From Candidatus Latescibacterota bacterium (lineage in GTDB: Bacteria; Latescibacterota; UBA2968): DNA of 64,000 bases. The notes under the pieces are model-generated. The model was not told the DNA's origin. It saw only the letters and a list, made by a program, of their open reading frames with translations, and made no database searches. The position numbers and the translations under genes are program-made. The stretch lies in the NCBI GenBank assembly GCA_965208125.1, contig OZ242320.1:2784001-2848000 (forward strand). The letters run 5' to 3'. Positions within the stretch are counted from its first letter, which is position 1. The number at the start of each line of letters is the position of its first letter. Of the stretch, positions 55,910 to 64,000 are shown in pieces.

Positions 55910-56920
55910 CTATAGATGAACTGGCGTACCACGATCCCGTGCGGATGCTTCAGCGGCGAAGCAGGCCAGATGGGTGTTGACCGCTACGGATAGATTATCG
56001 TGGGATTCCACGTCGGTTGTGATACAGTCGATGAAGTGGTCGATCATTTCCTGGAAGGGATGGTGTGATACTGCGCCGCTATCTGGCAATACGGTTGGAA
56101 TTTCAGATAGGTCGCGTTGTCCCGAGATTTGTTTTGTATAAAATCGATTGTTGCGGATTATGCCTTCGTCGCCAAATACTTCCAGGTTGAATACATAAGG
56201 CATAAAAAATTCGGTCGATCCGGAAATTTTTCCCGCGGTGCCGCGCTCAAATTGAACTGCAGCCACGGTTGTTGCGAGATATGTTTCGGGATGACTGGAA
56301 TTGCGAGCAGAGACTCCGGATACCTGAACGATGGAATCATTGTTCAGCACATATCGCGCTGCGTCCATTGCGTGACAGCCCCCGTGTACAATAGCCCCGG
56401 CAGTCATGGGATTCCACCCGGGTTTTTCAAATTTTTTTGGGTGCTGATGGGTTGGCCCGTGCCAGTAGTCGGCCTGTACGAGAAGAGGCTGTCCAATCCA
56501 TCCTTTTTCAATGACTTGTTTGATGGATTGGACCATCGGGTTCCATCGCAGGACAAAGCTCACGACGGTTTTTACCCCGGCTTTTTGAACCGCTGTATCC
56601 ATGGCGTGAAGTTCGTCTGGATTCAGGGCCACGGGTTTTTCGATCAGAATGTGTTTGCCGGCTTCGGCTGCTGCGATGGTTTCTGCGGCGTGTAAATCCG
56701 GGGGGGTGCAAATCGATACCAGATCCACGCCGGGATGGGCGAGCAGGCGGTCGTAAGAATCGAATAGTTCACAATCTATACCACAAGCGGTGGCCTTTTT
56801 TTGAGCGCTTTCCATTGTCCGACTGCCAATGGCTACGACCCGGGTATGGGGATTGTTCTGGTATGCTTTGATATGTTCGGTGGATACATTTCCCGCGCCC
56901 TGAATTGCTACGCCGATCAT
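55910..56920 (-). CDS. Gfo/Idh/MocA family oxidoreductase
   Basis: GAGNVS, ILIEKPVA, GCHAMD. Confidence 0.9.
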   Translation of the reverse strand: MIGVAIQGAGNVSTEHIKAYQNNPHTRVVAIGSRTMESAQKKATACGIDCELFDSYDRLLAHPGVDLVSICTPPDLHAAETIAAAEAGKHILIEKPVALNPDELHAMDTAVQKAGVKTVVSFVLRWNPMVQSIKQVIEKGWIGQPLLVQADYWHGPTHQHPKKFEKPGWNPMTAGAIVHGGCHAMDAARYVLNNDSIVQVSGVSARNSSHPETYLATTVAAVQFERGTAGKISGSTEFFMPYVFNLEVFGDEGIIRNNRFYTKQISGQRDLSEIPTVLPDSGAVSHHPFQEMIDHFIDCITTDVESHDNLSVAVNTHLACFAAEASARDRGTPVHL

Positions 56921-56932
56921 TGGACTTCCTTT

Positions 56933-58897
56933 TTAATAATTGTGTACATTGTGCCCGCGAGCGGGGAACCACACCCAATCGATGGCAAAGACCAGGGCCG
57001 TGCTCAAAGCCTGGGCGACGATCAATCCGATGAAAAAGGGCTTGCCGCGTTCGTAGAGATCCACGCCGCCTATTCTCATCAGCAGCGATTTGATTGCCCA
57101 GACGATCACAATTGAAAAGAAGACCTTTGTGACGCCGTAGTTGCCCTGTATGGCCAGGCCAATGGGATGCAGGGGCCACCAGGGGAGCCAATAGCGGGCC
57201 ATCGTGAACGCGGCCATAGCTGCCGCACCGATTAAAGCCCATATTGCCAATCCGCCTTTGCCACCCATTGGAATTGGGTTGCGAATGGAATTGATCGCTT
57301 TGTTAAATGCGCCCGGCGCGGCGTTTTTGAGTCCCATGTTGCCCAGGTTGTACGCGCCATAAGCATATCCCAGGTACAGTGTGTTGGCGACGGAAACCAT
57401 ATAACCCAGGATGAGTGATAGCCCGATCATCAGAGCAATCTGTCTGGGTTTTACCACGCGATCTACGGCTTTGACGGATTGTGTCATGGCGGGCATGACA
57501 TAGCCTTTGCCGGCGCTGTTAAATATCCGCATAAATGATAGGATTGTGACACTTTGCCCGTTGATTGTCGGCGTGCCCCAAATTTGCAATACTGCGTCAA
57601 ACGGCTGTACCTGATAGTACACGTACACGAGGCCGAGTTCGGCAACTACGCGAGAGAGCCCCAAAAATGTCAACAGGGCAATTGGCAAAAATGTGAGAAT
57701 GACAAATAGTGCCAGGCCCGCGGCGTATAACCAAGTAGCGACAAATAACAGGGAGACGATCAGGCCGATTACAGCCGTGCGATACGATAGCAATTCGCCG
57801 CTGTCATCGACTTCGCAATCTGGTTGCACGGCTTTTCGCCAGACATCTGTGAGGTGCGCGCGGCCCATCCACAGGCTCCAGATTGCGAGAAAAATGAGCG
57901 CGCCACCGCTTTGCCAACCCAGTGCCGGACTTTGCCACTGTCGGTCTGCTGCGCCGGGTGTGTACCCAAATTTGTTGAATAAAAGGACCTCAAATCCCGA
58001 TAAAAGCACCCATACCCAAACGCTGAATAGCACGTCTAATCGCGCAAAATAACCGAAGCCAATGGCATAAAAACTGACCCTGCGAATTAAAAAAGGAAAG
58101 TCGGGATAGAACCGAAATTGCCCGCCTTCAAACGGAATGTGCGGAAAAATCGGTGTGAAGTACGACCCGATATTCCAGACTTTCAGCAGCATCACGAGTC
58201 CAAACGCGATCCAGAACAGCGGCGACGAAAAAACCTGGCCTAATCTGCCCCCTTGTTGGGTCTCGGTCAATAGGGTGCCCACTTCTACGATGGGATAGGT
58301 CAAGCGTTCGTGATCTACCCACTGTCGGCGCAACATGACGACCACACAAAAGACGGAAAATGCGACTGCGCCGAGGAAGCAGGTCCACCAGAAAAGTGGG
58401 GTTATCCAGGCGCCGAGTGCGGGGACATGGCCTGCGGGCGTGCCTTCGTAAAACCAGTTCATCGCACCCGTATCATTTTGCGGTGCCAGCCACGTTGGGA
58501 TATTGTGATGGAGATAAAAATTCCATCCATTTTCCGGCGTGGCAAAATAGTACACCCCGGCTAAGACACCGATGAGGTGCCCGGTAACGCCGTCATAAGG
58601 CACAATTGCGGCAACGAGTCCCATCCCCAGAACTACGCGCAATTCCGGTGGTGTGAGCACGAGAGAGGACAGGGCACGGCGCGCGATGATGTTCAATACG
58701 GCCAGCGATAAGAATGGAAAGAGCAGTGCCAGGGGGAAATGGCTGCGGCTGATATTGGAGCCGCTCATGTAGTAGGCCATCCATTCGTCCCACAAGACGG
58801 TTGCGACGATGATCACGATGGCTACAAAAATGGCCCGGGGCGTTACGGCGCGACCGCTTTGAACCTCAGTTGCTCGATATGTGGATGCTTCTGCCAT
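56933..58897 (-). CDS. DUF6785/DUF6784-type polytopic membrane protein
   Basis: YFATPENGW, WFYEG, RRQWVDHERLTYP, WWPLHPIG, KPFFIGL. Confidence 0.75.
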   Translation of the reverse strand: MAEASTYRATEVQSGRAVTPRAIFVAIVIIVATVLWDEWMAYYMSGSNISRSHFPLALLFPFLSLAVLNIIARRALSSLVLTPPELRVVLGMGLVAAIVPYDGVTGHLIGVLAGVYYFATPENGWNFYLHHNIPTWLAPQNDTGAMNWFYEGTPAGHVPALGAWITPLFWWTCFLGAVAFSVFCVVVMLRRQWVDHERLTYPIVEVGTLLTETQQGGRLGQVFSSPLFWIAFGLVMLLKVWNIGSYFTPIFPHIPFEGGQFRFYPDFPFLIRRVSFYAIGFGYFARLDVLFSVWVWVLLSGFEVLLFNKFGYTPGAADRQWQSPALGWQSGGALIFLAIWSLWMGRAHLTDVWRKAVQPDCEVDDSGELLSYRTAVIGLIVSLLFVATWLYAAGLALFVILTFLPIALLTFLGLSRVVAELGLVYVYYQVQPFDAVLQIWGTPTINGQSVTILSFMRIFNSAGKGYVMPAMTQSVKAVDRVVKPRQIALMIGLSLILGYMVSVANTLYLGYAYGAYNLGNMGLKNAAPGAFNKAINSIRNPIPMGGKGGLAIWALIGAAAMAAFTMARYWLPWWPLHPIGLAIQGNYGVTKVFFSIVIVWAIKSLLMRIGGVDLYERGKPFFIGLIVAQALSTALVFAIDWVWFPARGHNVHNY

Positions 58898-58898
58898 T

Positions 58899-60794
58899 TT
58901 ATTTTATATGCCAATCGGGGTGTTCGAGGGCTTCGTAAACCACGCCGCCTTCGACCTGCATTGGCATGGGCACACCGGTGAGATAACAGATTGTGGGGGC
59001 GACATCGATTGAGCGCACTTGTTTTGTGAGCAGGCCAGTCTGCTTAATTCCCGCGCCCGCAATAACAAATGTCGAATGCTGCCCGGCCATGCCGAAGCTC
59101 ACCGAGGGCAATTGTTTGCCGTGTGCGCCGTCAAATTCGGGATGCAGTGCATAGACCACATCGCCGACCAGGTCGCTCCACAAGTTGACCATTTCGGCAT
59201 TTTCGCGGCTCAGAGCCAGCGCGAAGGGGTGGCGTCCGGTGGCTTCGTCTTTGTATTCCATCAGTGCGGCAATCAACTCTCGACGCACGGTTTCGTAATC
59301 CTCTTGAGGAACGATTCCGTCGGGTTCGCGTCCTTCCAGGTTGATGAAGATATGCACCAATCCCACGTCGCAGGCGCGCGTTTTGCTCCAGTCGATCTGT
59401 CCATTTTCGTGGTATTTCACAAATCCCGTTTCTGTGAGGACTTTGCGGATGTTGACCGCGGGGAATTGATTGGATGTGCCGCCGTGATCGGCCACGACTG
59501 CGACGACGGTATCGTCGTCGGCAATATCGTCAACGATGCGACCGATCATGCGATCAATTGACTGATAGGTGCGGAAGACGCCTTCGCGCGACCGATCGAG
59601 GACCGATTGCTCGGCACCGCTCGTGGGATCGGCTTGCCCCAGGAAGAAGTGGCTCGTATAATCCGACGCGTGCGTTTCAATCATTAATAGATCCCAGGAC
59701 CGAGATCCCGTCAGGTACTGCGCCACATCGGCCAGTCGCTGGTGGTGGAACTCCAGCAATTCAAAATACGTGTCATCGTCAATTACGCCCAGGGCATCGC
59801 GGCCGGGGTTTTGCAAGAAGTTACCGACATTTTCGTCAATTTCCCGCGCGATGGAAGCCGGTTTTGTATATCCGTCGGGAGGCCAGATTTGCGGTACAAA
59901 TAGCTCGAACATATCGGCATTTTCGGTCAGTGCGATCAATTTCATCTGTACGTGGCCGCTTACCTCTTCGCCGTCTATTTCAAATGTGTCGAGCCACCAA
60001 TCGCTCCATTCGCCCACGCCGAGGTCACACACTTTGGAATCTCCGTTGCGCGCGCGACAGACGGACACGCGGTCGTATCCCTTTGCGGTTGTCGCGTAGA
60101 TTAAACCGTAAAATGGTTTGGGCGTGCCCTTCTTGCCCCGGTTCATGGGTGCGCGCCCGCGCGCCAGAGGCGTGATCACCATTTCGACTTCGAGCGGTGG
60201 CTTTTCGGAGTCGGGCAGTGCTGTCCATCCATCTGCCGCTTTGAGGGTGACGGGATCGAATTCCGATACTGTTTGCAGGGCGCTCGGGTCCAGTGTTTCG
60301 GGGTCGCGCTGTACGACCAGTCGCCGCGGTGCCCACTTGCCTCCTACAAATAAGTGATAGCCCGCGACCTGATGGTGATTGGATACACCGGGTCCCGTGC
60401 CTTCTACCTGGATCCCGGTCGTGACGGTTGGCGGCCACGACATTTCCCATTTGACCAGAATCGGCGTTTTACCCGCGCGCTCATAAGTATTCCAGATATA
60501 CTCGGATTTGGACAGATCCGTATTGATGCCCCAGACGGTCTGATCCAGTCGTTTGCCCAGAGCGCGGATGTTAAAATCCATCACTTCGTGATTGCCGGGC
60601 CATGATCCCGTGGCTATAGCCGTCCATCCCGGCGGCGTGAGGGTGGGAAATACGCCGATCATGGGGCGCCAGGCTCCGCGTTCCATAAGTTTTGCGATAT
60701 TGGGCATGTGTCCCCAGTCGGCCAGGTTTTTCACAATTTCCATGCTCGCCCCATCCATCCCTATGACAATTGCCTTTTTTGCTGGACTTTCCAT
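58899..60794 (-). CDS. Alkaline phosphatase superfamily (type I phosphodiesterase/nucleotide pyrophosphatase)
   Basis: IGMDGA, PTLTPPGWTAIATG, ADHG, DVAPTI. Confidence 0.85.
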   Translation of the reverse strand: MESPAKKAIVIGMDGASMEIVKNLADWGHMPNIAKLMERGAWRPMIGVFPTLTPPGWTAIATGSWPGNHEVMDFNIRALGKRLDQTVWGINTDLSKSEYIWNTYERAGKTPILVKWEMSWPPTVTTGIQVEGTGPGVSNHHQVAGYHLFVGGKWAPRRLVVQRDPETLDPSALQTVSEFDPVTLKAADGWTALPDSEKPPLEVEMVITPLARGRAPMNRGKKGTPKPFYGLIYATTAKGYDRVSVCRARNGDSKVCDLGVGEWSDWWLDTFEIDGEEVSGHVQMKLIALTENADMFELFVPQIWPPDGYTKPASIAREIDENVGNFLQNPGRDALGVIDDDTYFELLEFHHQRLADVAQYLTGSRSWDLLMIETHASDYTSHFFLGQADPTSGAEQSVLDRSREGVFRTYQSIDRMIGRIVDDIADDDTVVAVVADHGGTSNQFPAVNIRKVLTETGFVKYHENGQIDWSKTRACDVGLVHIFINLEGREPDGIVPQEDYETVRRELIAALMEYKDEATGRHPFALALSRENAEMVNLWSDLVGDVVYALHPEFDGAHGKQLPSVSFGMAGQHSTFVIAGAGIKQTGLLTKQVRSIDVAPTICYLTGVPMPMQVEGGVVYEALEHPDWHIK

Positions 60795-60804
60795 ATACTC
60801 CTCC

Positions 60805-62109
60805 TCAAAGTGATTGAAGAACGTCTCGCGTTTTCGAGAGCGTTTCATCTATATCTGTTTGTGAATGTGCAAACGAAATACTGCCTTGTTTTGTTGCCAG
60901 TGGAAAGTGATAAATGCCTTTTTCAATCAATGCGCGGCGATACTGTTCGTCAAGCGCGAAATCGTGGTGTTCGGCAATATCGTGCCAATCAATGGGCGCG
61001 TGGTCCATAAAATAAACGCAAAAAGCCGATCCCTGTCGGGAAATTGTCACATCTATTCCGGCTTCTTTGAATAATGCCGTCATTTCCGTTTCCAATTGTT
61101 CGCCTACCGCGTAAAGCTGTTCAAAATCTGCCGATGCGAGTTTTTCCATTGTGGCAATGGCGCCTGCGCATGATATGGGATGGGCATTGTATGTTCCCGC
61201 GATCAATACGCGCTTTGCTGGATTTTCGTGGACAAAATAATCCATGAGGGATGCCCGTCCGCCAATTGCGCCAATGGGATAGCCATTGGCTATTGCTTTG
61301 CCAAATACGGACAGGTCTGGCATGATGCCACATATGCTTTGATAGCCTCCCATCGCGTGGCGAAATCCCGTTTTTACTTCGTCGAATATTAGCACAACCC
61401 CTCGCGCATCGCACAAATCGCGCAATCCCCGTAAATAGCCCGCTTGCGGATGTACGATGCCGATATTTTGCAAAATAGGTTCGAGGATTAACGCGGCGAT
61501 ATCGTACTGGTCCATTGCCCAGCGCACGGAATTGAGGTCGTTAAAATTCACCACATGTACATCGTCCAATACGCTGTTGGGTACGCCAGCAGAGAGCGGT
61601 ATTTTTTTGTATTCACCCGGGGAAACTCGCGGTCCGATTGCATCTATCGGCGTCGTGACATTCAACGCTACGTCATTGTGCCAGCCGTTATATCCTCCCT
61701 GCATTACGATGACGCCATTGCGCCCCGTATGCGCCCGCGCAATGCGAATGGCGTGATAGGTGGCTTCTGACCCCGTATTGGTGAGCATGACTTTTTCGAC
61801 GGACGGTACGTGTTTTACAATCAATGCGGCGCAATGTCCTTCCCAGGGGTTGGTGCCCGATCCCATCAGTGTTGCGCCTTCGGCGAGTACTTTTGCCACT
61901 GCCGCGTTTACATCCGGATCATTGTGTCCCAGGATAAATGGCGCGAATGCCGCGTGATAGTCGATGTATCCATTGCCGTCTGCATCCCACACATGGCTGC
62001 CCTGCCCGCGCACAAAGGCGATTTCCGGCGCGACGGCGCGGTTGACTGATACTACGCCTCCGGGGATGACTTTGCGGTTTTTTTGGAAAATTGTTTTGGA
62101 AGAGGACAT
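60805..62109 (-). CDS. Class III aminotransferase (glutamate-1-semialdehyde aminomutase-like)
   Basis: IPGGV, WDADGN, NTGSEAT, DEVKTGFR, FGKAIANG, AGTYN. Confidence 0.88.
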   Translation of the reverse strand: MSSSKTIFQKNRKVIPGGVVSVNRAVAPEIAFVRGQGSHVWDADGNGYIDYHAAFAPFILGHNDPDVNAAVAKVLAEGATLMGSGTNPWEGHCAALIVKHVPSVEKVMLTNTGSEATYHAIRIARAHTGRNGVIVMQGGYNGWHNDVALNVTTPIDAIGPRVSPGEYKKIPLSAGVPNSVLDDVHVVNFNDLNSVRWAMDQYDIAALILEPILQNIGIVHPQAGYLRGLRDLCDARGVVLIFDEVKTGFRHAMGGYQSICGIMPDLSVFGKAIANGYPIGAIGGRASLMDYFVHENPAKRVLIAGTYNAHPISCAGAIATMEKLASADFEQLYAVGEQLETEMTALFKEAGIDVTISRQGSAFCVYFMDHAPIDWHDIAEHHDFALDEQYRRALIEKGIYHFPLATKQGSISFAHSQTDIDETLSKTRDVLQSL

Positions 62110-62116
62110 AGCTTTA

Positions 62117-62830
62117 TCACACGTCGCGTTTGTAATAATTTTCCCAGCGTTCAGCCGGTTCGTAACCCAAAATGCGTTTTGCTTTTTCCATGGTGTATTT
62201 CTGGTGCGCTGTCATACTCACCATGTTGAATTCCTGATAATTATCCGGCACGGATGCGATATCCAGCGCGAGGCAACACGCATGGGCCAGGTCTTTCCAG
62301 AATATGCGAAATGGGGGGAAGTCTTCGCCTTTGATCGGCTCACTCGGCTCCAGACCCAGGCTGTTGAATACAAAACAAATTGTCTGTATATCGTATATTC
62401 GCGCGTAGGTGCGACAAATCTCGTAGCTGAGCATTTTGGTTAAGCCGTAATACCCGGTACCAGGAGCGCGGGGGACATCGGTGATTTCAAAATCCTGATC
62501 GTAATAACTCCGCACCAGTTGCGGTCCCGTATGTACTACTTTTTTGATGCCCAATTCGGCAGCGGCTTTCATGACATGCAGTGCGCCCAGCACACTGACG
62601 TGAAAGCTCAGGATGGGATCGGGACGATTTACTGTAAAATTCATCACCGCGTCCACGCCCCGCATGGCATCGCGCACCTGGTCGTAATCGCGCATATCTA
62701 CATGTTCGATGGGCCGACCATCGGGATAGGGCTTTACGTCGGCCAGTATGAGATCGCAATGCGATTCCATATCTGGTATGATATTGGGTGCAATCTGTCC
62801 CGAAGCGCCCAGCAAAAGTACTTTTTTCAC
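62117..62830 (-). CDS. NAD-dependent epimerase/dehydratase family
   Basis: GASGQIA Rossmann motif and YGLTK (YxxxK); GTG start. Confidence 0.85.
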   Translation of the reverse strand: MKKVLLLGASGQIAPNIIPDMESHCDLILADVKPYPDGRPIEHVDMRDYDQVRDAMRGVDAVMNFTVNRPDPILSFHVSVLGALHVMKAAAELGIKKVVHTGPQLVRSYYDQDFEITDVPRAPGTGYYGLTKMLSYEICRTYARIYDIQTICFVFNSLGLEPSEPIKGEDFPPFRIFWKDLAHACCLALDIASVPDNYQEFNMVSMTAHQKYTMEKAKRILGYEPAERWENYYKRDV

Positions 62831-63594
62831 GCGTCACCTCCACGCCAGCTGGCTTCAAAATTGTGCTTCGGTTGAAAACCCCGCAACTGGGATCCACTAA
62901 TTTTGCCGACCAGATATTTTGGATTTGGAATGTCTGCACAAATGTGGTGGAGGGCAAATCGCTTGTTCCACTTCAATTCGGATTGTGCATCTCGATTGAG
63001 AGATAGGCGAAATGCCCGCGCCGCATCGCGGTAATCGACCCACATGAGGTCTGGGTCTTGTGGAGAAGTGTCTTCTTCTGCGATCAGCTTGCCCAGTCGC
63101 AATACTGTGACGGCTACGGGAAAATCGCGCGCAAATTCGCGCGCCGTCATTTCGCCGAGATAGCGCGTGAGTTGGAATTTGTCCGTGGATGGCATGGGGC
63201 GCCACATTTCGCTGATATATACATCATCGGGATAGGCTTCGAATATTTGTAGTGTGCTTCCATATACGAATCGCTTTATGCCGGCATCTATACCGGCTTT
63301 GAATAGAACATGGGTGCCCCGGGTTGCCAGATCCAGCAGTTCTTGTTCGCAGGCGAGATCGTCTTCGGGCAGGTTGGGTGGTGGCTCACCTGTGTATATA
63401 ATAGCCTGCATGTTTCGAACTGCACGCCACGCTACGTCTGGGTCGCGCATGTCGCCTTCAAAATAGGTGATATTTTCATCCTGTTCAGAAGGTGGATCGC
63501 CCGTTCCCCAGAGTCGCAACTGGTTACCGGGCGCCAATTCTCTGGCGATGGCCTGTCCCAGACGGCTCTCGGCTCCTGTTATCAGTACATTCAT
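62827..63594 (-). CDS. NAD-dependent epimerase/dehydratase-like protein lacking YxxxK
   Basis: TGAESRLG; FQLTR at the position of YxxxK. Confidence 0.75.
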   Translation of the reverse strand: MNVLITGAESRLGQAIARELAPGNQLRLWGTGDPPSEQDENITYFEGDMRDPDVAWRAVRNMQAIIYTGEPPPNLPEDDLACEQELLDLATRGTHVLFKAGIDAGIKRFVYGSTLQIFEAYPDDVYISEMWRPMPSTDKFQLTRYLGEMTAREFARDFPVAVTVLRLGKLIAEEDTSPQDPDLMWVDYRDAARAFRLSLNRDAQSELKWNKRFALHHICADIPNPKYLVGKISGSQLRGFQPKHNFEASWRGGDA

Positions 63595-64000
63595 AATTTG
63601 TCCTCCAGATCAGATTCCCAGCCAAATTGCTGGCATAAGCGCTGAATGGGGCCAGGGATTGGCGCAGAGATTTCGGTCCATTTCTCCGATTTGGGGTGTG
63701 CAAAACCGATGCGGGTAGCCATTAGTAGCAATCGGTTGATTTCAAAATGGGATTGAAAAAAGCGATTGTGATGGCGGTCTCCATAGCGCGTATCGCCGAT
63801 GATTGGATGGTGCAGATGCGCACAGTGGCGGCGGATCTGATGTTGCCGACCAGTTACTGGCATTGCGCGCATGAGCGAATACCGCGCGGTTTTATATCGC
63901 CCCACGGGGTATGGTAGTTCAACAGTGCCCTTGCAGTGGAAATCGGTGATGGCTTCAACGGGTGAAGATGTGTTGGGCGGGCAATAAGCGTGGCGTATCC
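63591..64000 (-). CDS. RluA/TruC family pseudouridine synthase (5' end outside the window)
   Basis: PVTGRQHQIRRH...HPIIGDTRYG...RLLL. Confidence 0.88.
   Translation of the reverse strand, partial: IRHAYCPPNTSSPVEAITDFHCKGTVELPYPVGRYKTARYSLMRAMPVTGRQHQIRRHCAHLHHPIIGDTRYGDRHHNRFFQSHFEINRLLLMATRIGFAHPKSEKWTEISAPIPGPIQRLCQQFGWESDLEDKL

Noticed and set aside
60805-62109. Calling the aminotransferase hemL
   Set aside because: It lacks typical HemL motifs such as GGVNSPVRAF and sits in a catabolic context; only family-level support.

Overview
A gene-dense bacterial window of moderate GC. The gene content (T9SS-like CTD proteins, PorV-like barrel, EF-hand/dockerin tails, DUF6785 membrane protein, sulfatases, Gfo/Idh/MocA oxidoreductases) suggests an FCB-group organism such as Candidatus Latescibacterota; this is an inference. 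In order it carries: a sulfatase and a K+ channel; ppk1 divergent from a porin-pstSCAB-phoU cluster with three arrays of 11-bp-phased Pho-box-like repeats; NUDIX plus coxD/coxE/xdhC-like genes; a TonB-dependent receptor flanked by two near-identical secreted paralogues and followed by a PorV-like barrel; sigma54-driven pspA; CASTOR/POLLUX channel, MscS and TLC/Npt-like transporter genes; type-2 ileS with a candidate Ile-codon attenuator; a GC-rich pair of folate-dependent demethylase genes; a CxxCH cytochrome-porin; argH and argG separated by a decaying toxin-antitoxin/defence island; and a long minus-strand run of catabolic genes ending in a partial pseudouridine synthase. The best candidate for an undescribed system is the 16.0-25.7 kb module. 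There the receptor sits between two framework-conserved, loop-variable surface proteins with different C-terminal anchoring tails (dockerin/EF-hand versus T9SS-type CTD), alongside its own PorV-like barrel. I saw no tRNA, rRNA, CRISPR array, transposase or reverse transcriptase. All product calls are from motif recognition by eye, not database searches.
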